The notes: generated from the sequence alone by a model not told the origin. A stretch of DNA of 64,000 nt from Tropicibacter sp. R16_0 (GCF_017743935.1 NZ_JAGHRE010000001.1:167683-231682), one strand, 5' to 3'. Positions 10,124 to 20,284 are shown, numbered from the stretch's first letter. Numbers and translations are program-made.

Positions 10124-11602
10124 TCAATGCGTGTCCTTTTGCCTGTTCAACTCCGCTTGCTCAACGGGTGTTGGCGTGTGGTTGAACACAAAGGCCGTGA
10201 GACAGGCCTCTTCACCACCAAGTTCTGCGATCTTGAGGCGCTGATCGGCAAAGGCGCGGGCGTTGACCTCATCGGGGTTACATATCTCGCGCAGGCGCCG
10301 TTCGCCTTCGATCAAGGCTGCCTGGACCTCGAGGTCATTCACGCCGTCCACGGCACGGTTCATCCGTTCATGCGGATCCGTGTTCAAATCAAAAAGCTGC
10401 GGTGAATGGCCCACGTAATGCACGTATTTCCAGTGTCCCCACCGCACCATGAACGTGCCGGTCTTGGAGCCGCCGTCGTGATACTCGCTGAACCCCGTAC
10501 GATCCAAATCATCCGGCGCATTGGCAATTGTACGCAGGGACATGCCCGGCAGCGCCGCGCTCGCCTCGTCTTCCGGCACCGCACAGACCTCGCGCGCGGT
10601 GGCGGCGATATCAATCAGGTTGGTGCAGGTCGCCACCCGGTGCCCGGCAGGAACTCCGGGACCGGCCACGATCATCGGGACACCGGCACTGGCTTCGTAC
10701 ATCACCTGTTTGGTCCAGAACCCCTGATCCCCCATCATGTCGCCGTGGTCAGAAACATACAGGACCACCGTGTTTTCCAACTGTCCGCTCTCTTCCAGCG
10801 CCTTCAACACACGGCCGACGCAGTCATCCATGAAGGACGTCAGCCCGTAGTAGGCCACCTTGGCCTCGCGCATCTTCTGTTCGTCGAAATAGTCGTCGTA
10901 GTGGAAGAAGTCCTTGATGTTGCGCAGCTCTGGGTGATCGGGGATGCCCTCGCCGTAACCCACCGGCACATCCATATCCGCGGGATCATACATGGCCGAC
11001 CACTCCTCGGGGCAGGTGAGGGGGTAATGCGGGCTGACCAGCGACACGAAGGCTGCCCAAGGTTGCTCTTGGCGTGCAGGATCAGCCAACCAGGCTTCGG
11101 CCGCGTCCGTGATGGCACGGTCATAGTCGGTGTAGGTCGATGGGCCGACCCCCACATCGCCAGCCAGTTCGGCAGCAGAGTCATAGGGCGGCGGATTTTC
11201 CCGCAGCAGACCCACGGCCCAGCCCACGCCCCCCACCACATGCATCGGCAGGATCTCCTCGGAAAACCCGTTGTCATCCTCGCCCGAGCGGAAATGCAGC
11301 TTGCCGATGCTCACCACCTCGCGTCCTGCGTCGCGCAAATGGCCCATCCAGCTGCGCGGGTGGCCTGCATAGGGTGTGGCGCTGTCCCAATTGCCGGTCT
11401 TGTGCACCCAATCGCCCGTCGCCAGCGCGGCCCGCGTCGGCACGCACATGGGCGAAGGGGTATAGGCCGCGTCATACATCGTGCCGCGCGCAGCCAAGGC
11501 ATCCAGGTTCGGTGTCTTCACGATCGGATGGCCCGCGCAACCCATCGCATCCTTGCGGTGCTCGTCCGAGATGATGACCAGAAAATTGGTGTGGTTGCTC
11601 AT
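10124..11602 (-). CDS. Cys-type (formylglycine) sulfatase / arylsulfatase family, no signal peptide
   Basis: C-x-P-x-R signature (PSPMCVPTRAALATG) and NFLVIISDEH N-terminus. Preferred start ATG 11602 (MSNHTN, RBS AAGGCGG); ORF-track start 11674 is an in-frame extension. Confidence 0.75.
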   Translation of the reverse strand: MSNHTNFLVIISDEHRKDAMGCAGHPIVKTPNLDALAARGTMYDAAYTPSPMCVPTRAALATGDWVHKTGNWDSATPYAGHPRSWMGHLRDAGREVVSIGKLHFRSGEDDNGFSEEILPMHVVGGVGWAVGLLRENPPPYDSAAELAGDVGVGPSTYTDYDRAITDAAEAWLADPARQEQPWAAFVSLVSPHYPLTCPEEWSAMYDPADMDVPVGYGEGIPDHPELRNIKDFFHYDDYFDEQKMREAKVAYYGLTSFMDDCVGRVLKALEESGQLENTVVLYVSDHGDMMGDQGFWTKQVMYEASAGVPMIVAGPGVPAGHRVATCTNLIDIAATAREVCAVPEDEASAALPGMSLRTIANAPDDLDRTGFSEYHDGGSKTGTFMVRWGHWKYVHYVGHSPQLFDLNTDPHERMNRAVDGVNDLEVQAALIEGERRLREICNPDEVNARAFADQRLKIAELGGEEACLTAFVFNHTPTPVEQAELNRQKDTH

Positions 11603-11685
11603 GATGCCGCCTTTCGTATTGCCCCTGACGAAAAAGGCGGATGCCGAAAGCACCCGCCCGATCCCTTCATCCAAGCCCTAGCACG

Positions 11686-13242
11686 TCAGCCAGCGATGCG
11701 GTCTTTCAGAAAACGACGCAAAATTTTGCCCGACGGCGATTTTGGCACTTCGTCGATCACCTCAAGCACGCGGACCTGTTTGTAATGCGCCAAACGATCG
11801 CCCAGATACCCCTGCACCGCCTCCAGATCCGGAGCGTCCTTGCCCGGGGCTGCCACGATAAAGGCCATGGGCAGCTCGCCGGCCTCGTCATCGGGTTTGC
11901 CGATCACGGCGGCGTCGACGATGTCGGGGTGGGTCAACAGCTCGGCCTCTAGCTCGGCCGGGGCCACCTGGAACCCCTTGTACTTGATCAGCTCTTTCAG
12001 CCGGTCGGTGATATAGACAAAACCCTCGTCATCGAAATGCGCGATGTCTCCGGTGCGCAGCCAGCCGCCCTCGACAATGGTCTCGGCCGTGGCGGTGGGG
12101 TTGTTGAGGTATCCCTTCATCACCTGCGGCCCGCGGATCCACAGCTCGCCATCTTCGCCGTCTGCGGCATCCTGCATCGTCTCGGGGTTCACGATCCGGC
12201 ATTCGGTGCTGGGGATGGTGACGCCCGAGGCCCCGGATTTGCCCACCCCGTTGGGAGAGATATGGCTGACCGGGCTCAGCTCGGTCATGCCGTACCCCTG
12301 ATTGACCCGCGCATTGAGCCGCCCGGCCAAAGCATCGCCCACATCCGCGCCCAAGGGGGCGGCGGCGCAAAAGATCTGGTCGGTGAACGACAGATCATAC
12401 TTGTCGATCAATGGATGCATCGCCAGCGCCAAGGCCACCGGCGGCACGATCCATAGGCGCGGCGTTTTGTGTTCGCTGATCAGGTCCAGGTATTGCTCCA
12501 GATCGAACCGGGGCATGGTGACCAGCGCACCGCCTGCGGCCAGATAGATGTTCATCATCACCTGCAGGCCGTAGATGTGGAAAAACGGCAGGAACACCAC
12601 CGTCCGCTCGCCATTGGTCAGGTCCGATGGCACCAGTGTCTGATCGGTGTTCACCACCAGGTTTTGGTGGGTCAGCATCACCCCCTTGGGCAGGCCAGTC
12701 GTGCCCGAGGAATAGGGCAGGGCGACCACATGATCGGCCACATCCACCGGGGCCTGTTCGGCCATGGGCGCGCCCATCAGGTCGGAAAACGCAACCGTGC
12801 CTTCGGGCGCGTCACCGATTACGACAATCTGGGTCACGCCTGTTCCCTTGATCGCCTCGCGTGCGGTGTCCAGAAACATCTCGATCGTGACCAGCGTATC
12901 GGCTGACGCGTCCTTGAGCTGATGGTTCACCTCATGCGCGGTGTAGGTCGGGTTGATCGTGGTCACCGTGCCCCCGGCCCAGGCCACGCCATGAAAGGCG
13001 ATGCAGTATTCGGGGATGTTGGGCAGCATAAGCGCCACGCATTTGCCCGCACCCATGCCGCGCGCGTCCAGGCCCCCGGCCAGGGATTTGACGGCCCCCA
13101 TGAACTGCGCGCCCGTGTAGCTGCGCCCGGTGGGGCCGTCGATCAGAATGGTCATGTCGGGGTCGATCCCCGCAAACACCCGCTGCGTGATGGTCTGATC
13201 GGACAAGGCCACGTCCGGGAATGAACTGGTGATGATACCCAC
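11686..13242 (-). CDS. AMP-dependent synthetase/ligase (4-coumarate/fatty-acyl-CoA ligase-like)
   Basis: AMP-binding signature LPYSSGTTGLPKGVMLTHQN and GYGMTE. Preferred GTG start 13242 with AGGGAG RBS 7 nt upstream; ORF-track ATG 13302 is an alternative. Confidence 0.75.
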   Translation of the reverse strand: MGIITSSFPDVALSDQTITQRVFAGIDPDMTILIDGPTGRSYTGAQFMGAVKSLAGGLDARGMGAGKCVALMLPNIPEYCIAFHGVAWAGGTVTTINPTYTAHEVNHQLKDASADTLVTIEMFLDTAREAIKGTGVTQIVVIGDAPEGTVAFSDLMGAPMAEQAPVDVADHVVALPYSSGTTGLPKGVMLTHQNLVVNTDQTLVPSDLTNGERTVVFLPFFHIYGLQVMMNIYLAAGGALVTMPRFDLEQYLDLISEHKTPRLWIVPPVALALAMHPLIDKYDLSFTDQIFCAAAPLGADVGDALAGRLNARVNQGYGMTELSPVSHISPNGVGKSGASGVTIPSTECRIVNPETMQDAADGEDGELWIRGPQVMKGYLNNPTATAETIVEGGWLRTGDIAHFDDEGFVYITDRLKELIKYKGFQVAPAELEAELLTHPDIVDAAVIGKPDDEAGELPMAFIVAAPGKDAPDLEAVQGYLGDRLAHYKQVRVLEVIDEVPKSPSGKILRRFLKDRIAG

Positions 13243-13326
13243 GCGAAAATCTCCCTGAATTCTTCTTTTGATTGCGACCACTTTAGGAGCGTCCGCGCGC
13301 AAACCAAAAGAATATTCTCTGGGGGG

Positions 13327-13701
13327 TTATGCGTCTTCCACTGCGACCTCGGCATCATAGGCCGCGCGGGCCTGATCAATCGCGCCCAGGTTCTCGAGCG
13401 CCCATAAGCCCATCACCTCGACCGGCTTGCGGAACGATTGGCCCAACGGGGTCAGGGAATATTCGACCTTGGGCGGAATGGTCGGGTGATAGGTCCGGTT
13501 GACCAAACCGTCGCGCTCCAAAGCACGCAACGTCAGGCTGAGCATGCGCTGCGAAATCCCCAGATGCCGCTTGAGTTCATTGAACCGCAGCGTACCGTAT
13601 TGCGCCAGAGAGATCACGATCAGCACGCTCCAGCGATCGCCGACGCGGCCCAAAACCTCGTTGATGCGACCACATTCAGGGCATTGATTGGCTTTGTTCA
13701 T
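13327..13701 (-). CDS. HxlR-family winged-helix transcriptional regulator
   Basis: 124 aa. CPECGRINEVLGRVGDRWSVLIVISLAQYGTLRFNELKRHLGISQRMLSLTLRALERDGLV is the HxlR-type HTH signature. Divergent from a nitroreductase/OYE pair. Confidence 0.75.
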   Translation of the reverse strand: MNKANQCPECGRINEVLGRVGDRWSVLIVISLAQYGTLRFNELKRHLGISQRMLSLTLRALERDGLVNRTYHPTIPPKVEYSLTPLGQSFRKPVEVMGLWALENLGAIDQARAAYDAEVAVEDA

Positions 13702-13832
13702 GGCGGTGGTTCCCTCTGTGTTACCGGGGCTCAGAGATGTGCCTTCTTGCGAGGCTTTATGGTGTCACATATATCGTCGGTTACAAAATTATACCACCCC
13801 TATGGGCCACGGCCCCACCGAGGACACAAGAC

Positions 13833-14474
13833 ATGACTAAAAGCACCCTGATCGACAAGCTGAACTGGCGCTACGCAACCAAAAAGATGGACCCCGCCAA
13901 ACCGGTTGAGCAAGACAAGGTCGACCAGATCGTCGAGGCCGTGCGCATGGCCCCCACCTCAAGCGGCACCCAGCCGTTTGAGCTGTTTGTCGTGACCAAC
14001 CCCGAGATCCGCGCGCAGATCCGCCCGCACGCTTGGGATCAGGCCCAGATCACCGAAGGCTCGCACCTGCTGGTGTTTGCAGCCTGGGACAACTACTCGG
14101 CCGACCGCATCGACGCGGTGACGCAGCAGATGACGGACGAACGCGGCGAGATCCCGATGCTGAACCAGTATTACGAGAACCTCAAAGCCAACTACCTGCC
14201 GCGTGACGAGCAGGTGAACCACGACCACGCCGCCCGCCAGGCCTATATCGCGCTGGGCTTTGCTCTGGCCGCAGCTGCCGAGCTGGAAGTCGACAGCACC
14301 CCGATGGAAGGGTTCGATCCCGCCAAGGTCGATGAGATCCTGGGCCTGCGCGAGAAAGGCCTGCGCTCGGTCGTGCTGCTGCCGCTGGGCTATCGCCAAG
14401 AGGAAGGCGACTGGCTGTTGCCGATGAAAAAGGTCCGCAAGTCGAAAGAGACCTTCGTGACCGAGATCGCCTGA
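13833..14474 (+). CDS. NAD(P)H nitroreductase family protein (NfsB/FRP-like)
   Basis: ATG 13833 (MTKSTLIDKLNWRYATKKMD...). Nitroreductase fold motifs (RMAPTSSGTQPFELFVV, LGFALAAAAELEVDSTPMEGF). Confidence 0.7.
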   Translation: MTKSTLIDKLNWRYATKKMDPAKPVEQDKVDQIVEAVRMAPTSSGTQPFELFVVTNPEIRAQIRPHAWDQAQITEGSHLLVFAAWDNYSADRIDAVTQQMTDERGEIPMLNQYYENLKANYLPRDEQVNHDHAARQAYIALGFALAAAAELEVDSTPMEGFDPAKVDEILGLREKGLRSVVLLPLGYRQEEGDWLLPMKKVRKSKETFVTEIA

Positions 14475-14545
14475 TTTGCACCTTGCCGGGGCGGTCCGAC
14501 GGGCCGCCCCTGTTTTTCTCAGACATAGATTGCAGGACCAACAAC

Positions 14546-15655
14546 ATGACCCAGGCCAACGCCCTGTTCCGCCCGCTGGAAACAGAGAAATTGACCCTCA
14601 AGAACCGCGTTGTGATGGCGCCCATGACGCGCACCATGTCGCCTGGCAACGTGCCCAATGACGCCGTTGTCGACTACTATCGTCGCCGGGCCGAAGGGGG
14701 CGTGGGCCTGATCATCACCGAAGGCACTTTTGTGGATCACCCCGCAGCCATTGCCTATCCGAATGTGCCCGCGTTCTTCGGGGACGAGGCACTTGCCGGA
14801 TGGAAGCGTGTGGTCGACGCTGTGCACCAGGCAGGCGGCAAGATCGCGCCTCAGATCTGGCACGTGGGTGCCATCCGCAAGCCGGGCGTGAACCCCGGTG
14901 GTGACACTCCAGGCTACAGCCCCAGCGGCATGGCCGTGCCGGGCAAGGTTCGCGGCCACGCCATGACCCAGGACGACATCAACGACGTCGTCGCTGCCTT
15001 TGCCAAAGCCGCCAAAGATGCCGAAGCGATCGGGTTCGACGCGGTCGAAATCCATGGCGCCCATGGCTATCTGATCGACCAGTTCTTCTGGGACGGCACC
15101 AACCAGCGCGACGACGCTTATGGCGGCGACCTGGCCGCCCGCTCAAAGTTCGCGCTCGAGGTGGTCAAGGCCGTCCGCGCCGCCGTCAGCCCGGATTTCC
15201 CGGTCATCTTCCGCTTCTCGCAGTGGAAGCAGCAGGATTACGGTGCCCGCCTGTGCGAAACACCCGAAGAATTGGGTGCATTCCTGCAACCCCTGGCCGA
15301 GGCTGGTGTCGATATCTTCCATTGCTCGACCCGTCGGTTTTGGGAGCCCGAGTTCGACGGTTCTGATCTGAACCTGGCCGGTTGGGCCCGCAAGCTAACA
15401 GGCAAGCCGTGCATCACCGTCGGTTCAGTTGGCCTGAACGCCGACTTCCTGCCCGAAGACGGCACAGCCGACTTCAAGGCCGCAGAGCCCGCCAGCATCG
15501 ACAATCTGGTCGACCGAATGGATCGGGATGAGTTCGACATGGTCGCCGTCGGTCGCGCCCTGATCGCAAACCCCGATTGGGCCAATCAAGTGCAGGCGGG
15601 TAAGCTGGCTGATCTCGCCGCTTACGAAAAAGACATGCTGCACAAGCTGTTTTGA
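14546..15655 (+). CDS. NADH:flavin oxidoreductase, Old Yellow Enzyme family
   Basis: MTQANALFRPLETEKLTLKNRVVMAPMTRTMS... and IEIHGAHGYLIDQFF are OYE/NemA-type TIM-barrel signatures. Confidence 0.8.
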   Translation: MTQANALFRPLETEKLTLKNRVVMAPMTRTMSPGNVPNDAVVDYYRRRAEGGVGLIITEGTFVDHPAAIAYPNVPAFFGDEALAGWKRVVDAVHQAGGKIAPQIWHVGAIRKPGVNPGGDTPGYSPSGMAVPGKVRGHAMTQDDINDVVAAFAKAAKDAEAIGFDAVEIHGAHGYLIDQFFWDGTNQRDDAYGGDLAARSKFALEVVKAVRAAVSPDFPVIFRFSQWKQQDYGARLCETPEELGAFLQPLAEAGVDIFHCSTRRFWEPEFDGSDLNLAGWARKLTGKPCITVGSVGLNADFLPEDGTADFKAAEPASIDNLVDRMDRDEFDMVAVGRALIANPDWANQVQAGKLADLAAYEKDMLHKLF

Positions 15656-15692
15656 CGCTCTTGGCCGTTGAGCGGTCGACAGAAAAAAGAAA

Positions 15693-15724
15693 GGCCCGCC
15701 CCCTGTCGGGCGGGCTTTCGTTTG
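15693..15724 (+). terminator. rho-independent terminator after the OYE gene (possibly bidirectional)
   Basis: GCCCGCCCC-TGTC-GGGCGGGC hairpin followed by TTTCGTTT. Confidence 0.6.
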
Positions 15725-15782
15725 AGCGGCTTAACCTTTTCCGTCATCCGGCCATGAATTCGGTCGCGACAAGCGTGCTCGT

Positions 15783-17393
15783 TCAGCCTGTTTGCTCTGT
15801 CGCATGTTGGGCAATTTCGGTCACGGGGATGTCCGGCAGGGGTTTCAAGGACCAGGTGACAGTGAACAAGACCAGGCCGATGGCCAGCACGCACATCGCA
15901 CCGGCAAAGCGAACACCCAGCTCAAACCGCTCAAGGCCCTTTGAATCAGTGTCAAACTTGCTGGCCGCCCATTGACGGCCCCACAACGCGGCGACACCGA
16001 TCGCCGACATGGCCACCGCCATCCCGATCGAGATGAACACAACCATCAGGATCGCAGGCCAGATCAGGTCGTTTGCCAACCCAAACAGCATCACCAATAG
16101 CGCCCCGGTACAGGGCACCACACCCACCGAGGCTGCGAGCCAGCCGCCGCCGCTTTCTGCAGCTGCTGCACTGGCGCAGGCCGCGCATCCACTGTGTGCA
16201 TCATGTGTATTATGCGCATGTCCGTGATGATGCGCGTGATCGTGGTCATGCCCATGGTCGTGGTGATGATGGTGATGATCGTGATCGTGCGAATGATGGT
16301 GGTGGTCGTGATGATCGTGCTCATGGGGCAAGGACCGCCTTGCCAGGATGGCGCGCACCGCTTGCCAGACCATGACGGCCCCGATCGCGATAATCAGCGC
16401 ATAGCTGCCCAACCGAATGACGCGGTAGTCCGAAGGTGCAGCCCCCGTCGCGTAGCGCACGGTGAAGTCCAGCAGAAACACCACCACCACGGCGGACAGC
16501 ACGTGAATGACGGCAATCTGAACGCCCATCTTCAGACCACGTTTCAAGCTTCCTCCGGTTCCCACAAAATACGAGATGACAACTGTCTTGCCATGACCCG
16601 GCCCAAGGGTGTGCAGCGCGCCATATCCGAACGAGAGAAGCAAGGCGAACCCCATGGCCCAAATGGACCCACTCCCGCCGAGGGCGGACATGCTTTGCGT
16701 GAACAGCCCGTTGACCCAGATTTGTGCCCGCGCCATGGCCGGGATATTGGATGCCGAGGCCGCAACGATTTCGCCTGGTTGGCCAAAGAGAGCCGCGTTT
16801 TCCATCTCATAGACCGTGGGGATGGCCCGGCTGCCATCGACAAGGAACAGCGGATGGTAATCCGGTTGGTGCTTCAAGACACCGGTCAATCGTACGGGCT
16901 CATACTGTTTGCTCAGGCTCATTCCCTCAGGATAGGACACGTGAATGATCTGATTTGGCGGCGGTGCAGGCGTGTGAATGCAGGCCCCGATCCAGGGCAC
17001 CAGCAAAAACTCCACAACCAGATCCGATTCCCACGTCAGGGGGAGGACATAGCCATCCAGAACCAGGTCCTGATCCAACAGATTGGATGCTATGGACGAG
17101 GTCTGAAGAACCGAAACATCCAACCCCAAAGCAACAAATTCTTCGTGTTTGCTCGGGTCCAGCCCATTTGCTGGGGGGACGGACGCGGGGGTGCTCTGCC
17201 CTGAAGTCTCTGAGGCTCCTGTCGGAGCCAAGGCATCCCATTGCACCAAATTCGGCGCAGACCAGGACGCCACAGGAACCAGCAGCGCAACAACCAGCAA
17301 AGCTGGCAAGATCAAAGTACTCCAAAACTGTCGCCGATTACGTTGAAACAACCTCAGGCCCCTCTGCTGATACAGTATAACATCGTGAAGCAA
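15783..17393 (-). CDS. DUF1007-like periplasmic domain fused to NicO/HoxN-type nickel/cobalt transporter, with His-rich loop
   Basis: 536 aa. Signal peptide plus ~230 aa soluble region, then multi-TM permease with a central HEHDHHDHHHHSHDHDHHHHHHDHGHDHDHAHHHGHAH loop as in RcnA/NicO transporters. Start uncertain. Confidence 0.6.
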   Translation of the reverse strand: MLHDVILYQQRGLRLFQRNRRQFWSTLILPALLVVALLVPVASWSAPNLVQWDALAPTGASETSGQSTPASVPPANGLDPSKHEEFVALGLDVSVLQTSSIASNLLDQDLVLDGYVLPLTWESDLVVEFLLVPWIGACIHTPAPPPNQIIHVSYPEGMSLSKQYEPVRLTGVLKHQPDYHPLFLVDGSRAIPTVYEMENAALFGQPGEIVAASASNIPAMARAQIWVNGLFTQSMSALGGSGSIWAMGFALLLSFGYGALHTLGPGHGKTVVISYFVGTGGSLKRGLKMGVQIAVIHVLSAVVVVFLLDFTVRYATGAAPSDYRVIRLGSYALIIAIGAVMVWQAVRAILARRSLPHEHDHHDHHHHSHDHDHHHHHHDHGHDHDHAHHHGHAHNTHDAHSGCAACASAAAAESGGGWLAASVGVVPCTGALLVMLFGLANDLIWPAILMVVFISIGMAVAMSAIGVAALWGRQWAASKFDTDSKGLERFELGVRFAGAMCVLAIGLVLFTVTWSLKPLPDIPVTEIAQHATEQTG

Positions 17394-17737
17394 CGCCGGA
17401 ATTCGTCAAGTGTACATATTCGGGTTTTGCTACGCAATTATCAGGATTCCGCCTATGTGTTCCATGCCGAACGCCACCCCGTGTGGGGGATAACAGTTTC
17501 AAACAGGCGAATTGACCGACTTGGGGGGCTGTCGGGCATGTGGCAGAGTGTCTTGCCGTTACCGCTTATTTGCACAAGAAGGCCTCCGCTGGCTTATGTT
17601 GGTGACCCGGGTCGGCTGGACGAAAGACCCCCACTCAAACCTGTAGCGAGTTGGAGTAAAACATTCTGGTATTCGCAATCGTTTACAGAAAACCTAACGC
17701 GCACTAGCGTCTTCGTCAGGCTGAGTAGGAGGACAAG

Positions 17738-18001
17738 ATGACTGGTTTGGACTATGTGGCCATTGGCATGCTGCTGTTTTTGGCCAGCTTGGCAATTGGG
17801 GTTTTTGTCTTTCTCGGAGGGTGGCCGGGGCGCGTGGCTGCCAAACGAAGGCATCCGTACCAATCCGCGGTTTCCATTGGCGGCTGGCTGACCCTGATTG
17901 CAGGCGGAGTGTTGTTTCCATTGGTGGTCATGTGGGCCTATGCCGGATCGACTGATGCCGACGTTGCGGCTGCGGATGCGGCAGAGGGGGGTGCGACATG
18001 A
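17738..18001 (+). CDS. DUF3302-like small inner-membrane protein (YiaW-like)
   Basis: 87 aa, two TM segments, GGAGGA RBS upstream. Stop overlaps (ATGA) the start of the downstream HlyD-like gene. Confidence 0.55.
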   Translation: MTGLDYVAIGMLLFLASLAIGVFVFLGGWPGRVAAKRRHPYQSAVSIGGWLTLIAGGVLFPLVVMWAYAGSTDADVAAADAAEGGAT

Positions 18002-18921
18002 TCCTCTTACTCGTCGGCAGCTACGTTGGCCTGCTTTGGCTCTTGGTCAAGGTCGGCGTGTTTCCCAAGTGGTACGGTTGGATGAAGGTCTCGCCCATTG
18101 TTGTTGGCGTGGTCGCATTCATGGCAATCTTTCTGCCTTTGAATTGGAATGCCCCCATGGGCAGCACGGTTGTCACGGTCGGGTCCGTCGGGATCAAGCC
18201 GGCGGTATCCGGACCTGTGACAGAGATACTGGCGAAATCACAAACACCGATCGCGGCGGGCGACATTCTTTTCAAGGTCGACAAGACTCCGTACTCGGCT
18301 GCCCTTCAACAGGCCGAGGCCCAATTGGGTCTTGCAAAAAGCCAACTGGCCCGCAAGCAGGAACTGCTGTCGCGGAATACTGTGGCAGAGGCAGAAGTGG
18401 AAACTCTGCAAGCCAATGTTGCAGCTGCCGAAGCCGCCGTGACGTTGGCAATGGTGGATCTTGAGAATACCACCGTCCGAGCTCCGTTTGACGGCATCAT
18501 TCCAGCGATGACGCTTCTGCAGGGCAATCGGGTGGCGCCAAATGTACCCGTTCTGGCCTTCATCGACATAGACCGGCCAGTGGTCAATCTGATCCTCAGT
18601 CAGAACCAGCTTCGTCACGTCAAGTCGGGTCAGAGAGCTGAAGCGGTGTTCGAAACCCTGCCCGGACAAACCTTTCAGGGAACCGTATCGGGGCTCTATC
18701 TGACAGCACCGGAGGCGGAATATGAACTGGATGGTGCAACGCCAGAAGTTCCGACCATAACCGACACGAAGTATGTTGTTGTTCTGGAGCTTGATACGTT
18801 GGGCCAGCTTTTGCCGCCAGGAGCAACCGGCCAAGGCTTGATCCTAACGGACCAAGGAACAAAGTTTCAATTTATCAACCAGTTGACTTTGCGCATGACG
18901 ACCTGGATGAACTTCTTCTAG
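17998..18921 (+). CDS. HlyD-family membrane fusion protein (YiaV-like)
   Basis: 307 aa. N-terminal TM, coiled-coil (QAEAQLGLAKSQLARKQELLSRNTVAEAEVETLQANVAAAEAAV), then beta-barrel region. Translationally coupled to the DUF3302 gene. Confidence 0.65.
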   Translation: MILLLVGSYVGLLWLLVKVGVFPKWYGWMKVSPIVVGVVAFMAIFLPLNWNAPMGSTVVTVGSVGIKPAVSGPVTEILAKSQTPIAAGDILFKVDKTPYSAALQQAEAQLGLAKSQLARKQELLSRNTVAEAEVETLQANVAAAEAAVTLAMVDLENTTVRAPFDGIIPAMTLLQGNRVAPNVPVLAFIDIDRPVVNLILSQNQLRHVKSGQRAEAVFETLPGQTFQGTVSGLYLTAPEAEYELDGATPEVPTITDTKYVVVLELDTLGQLLPPGATGQGLILTDQGTKFQFINQLTLRMTTWMNFF

Positions 18922-19103
18922 TTGCTGGCAGTTGGGACGTTTTCGGATCTGATCTTGGCGGGCTTCGGCAGTCTGGCAACGCGTTGTGTTCTCTAGTGTG
19001 GAACGACTGCTACAGCCTCGCCGAAGTGCCTTTGAACTTTTTTCTTGCCCTCAAGGTAGGTTGAGCTTGCACAGTCGCCCTCAGACACCAGCCCGAGGAT
19101 GAC

Positions 19104-19703
19104 ATGCACGTACTCACCGTTCTTGACCACCCCAATCCGGCCTCTTTCAGCGCCGCCGCCGCGGCCCGTTTCATGGAAGGCGCGCAGGCTGCCGGACATA
19201 CTGTGGAACTGGCCGATTTGCACGCCGAAGGGTTCAATCCGCTTTGGACCTTGCAAGAGGCAGAGGGCGATACGCCCAAAGATGTCCTGGCCGAGCAGGA
19301 CCGCATTTCCCGCGCCGATGCCATCTGTCTGGTGTTTCCGCTGTTTTGGTGGGGGATGCCGTCGATGACCAAGGGCTGGGTGGATCGCGTCTGGAGCTGG
19401 GGCTGGGCCTATGATCAACTCGATGATCGCGAGATGTCGCTGCAAAGGCCCCGTACGGGCGTTCTGCTGATCCCCGCCGGTGCCCGTTCGGACGAGATCG
19501 AGCAAGAGGGATATGGGCAATCACTGGACACGGCGTGGATCAAGGGCACGTTCGGCTATTTCGGCTGGTCCCCGCGTCGGATGGAGCTTTTGTGCGGCGC
19601 CACCGGCTCTTTCGATCGTCGCCGCGCCTTGTTGGACAGGTGCCATCAGATCGGGCGGGACCTGACGGAACCCAGCGGCGGGGCAGGGCCCGCCGCCGGA
19701 TAA
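19104..19703 (+). CDS. flavodoxin-like fold NAD(P)H-dependent (quinone) oxidoreductase
   Basis: 199 aa. MHVLTVLDHPNPASFSAAAAARF...ADAICLVFPLFWWGMPSMTKGWVDRV matches the Flavodoxin_2 / NQO1-like family. Confidence 0.55.
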   Translation: MHVLTVLDHPNPASFSAAAAARFMEGAQAAGHTVELADLHAEGFNPLWTLQEAEGDTPKDVLAEQDRISRADAICLVFPLFWWGMPSMTKGWVDRVWSWGWAYDQLDDREMSLQRPRTGVLLIPAGARSDEIEQEGYGQSLDTAWIKGTFGYFGWSPRRMELLCGATGSFDRRRALLDRCHQIGRDLTEPSGGAGPAAG

Positions 19704-19709
19704 GTCAGA

Positions 19710-20186
19710 TCACAGGTCGCTGACAGCGGTGTGCTCGATCTTTTCCCACTGTTGATCTGCCGTAACCTCGGTGGCTTGGGCATCTTCCAGAAACGCCGCG
19801 CGGGTGGCTGCGTTCAGGAACACGAAAAGCCGACCGTTCTGAACCAAGAACTGGTTCGGATCGCCATCGAATTTTTTGCCGACCGACACGCCATACGAGC
19901 AGAAGCCACCATGTTCGGGTGCGAATTTTGCCGGATCAGCCTGAAAGGCTGTCATGTTGGCCTCGCTTGCAAAGTAATAGGCGGCCCCATCATGGGTGGC
20001 GGCGTAATCTGCCGATCCCTTCACCACCTCGCCGCCGTCGACCAGGCTGACAGGATCGTTTCCACGCAATGCCAAAGGTGCGCCCGCTGCGGTGATCCCG
20101 GGGGCCACGTTGACCTCGTCGGCGGCAAAGGCCGGGGCAACCAGCATGGGGGTGATGGCAAGGGCGGCAATCAAAAGAGCTTTCAT
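19710..20186 (-). CDS. secreted YHS-domain protein
   Basis: ATG 20186 with AAGGAAAC RBS. Signal peptide MKALLIAALAITPMLVAPAFA. YHS-like region (DPVSLVDGGEVVKGSADYAATHDGAAYYFASEANMTAFQADPAKF). Confidence 0.5.
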   Translation of the reverse strand: MKALLIAALAITPMLVAPAFAADEVNVAPGITAAGAPLALRGNDPVSLVDGGEVVKGSADYAATHDGAAYYFASEANMTAFQADPAKFAPEHGGFCSYGVSVGKKFDGDPNQFLVQNGRLFVFLNAATRAAFLEDAQATEVTADQQWEKIEHTAVSDL

Positions 20187-20284
20187 GAGTGTTTCCTTTC
20201 TCGGGTTGGTCGCAGGTTTGTCTTGCGATGACCTGAGAATGGGCGCGGACCTTGGGACGAACAATTTCAGACGATCCGGGAAAC

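Noticed and set aside
11603-11674. Upstream starts of the sulfatase (11674) and CoA ligase (13302) given in the ORF track
   Set aside because: Internal starts at 11602 (ATG, RBS) and 13242 (GTG, AGGGAG RBS) give N-termini matching family norms. The longer forms remain possible but are less supported.
17394-17737. Known riboswitch (NiCo/czcD, cobalamin) in the NicO / DUF3302 divergent spacer
   Set aside because: I could not match the conserved boxes of either class by eye. The spacer is left as an unexplained lower-GC region pending a covariance-model scan.
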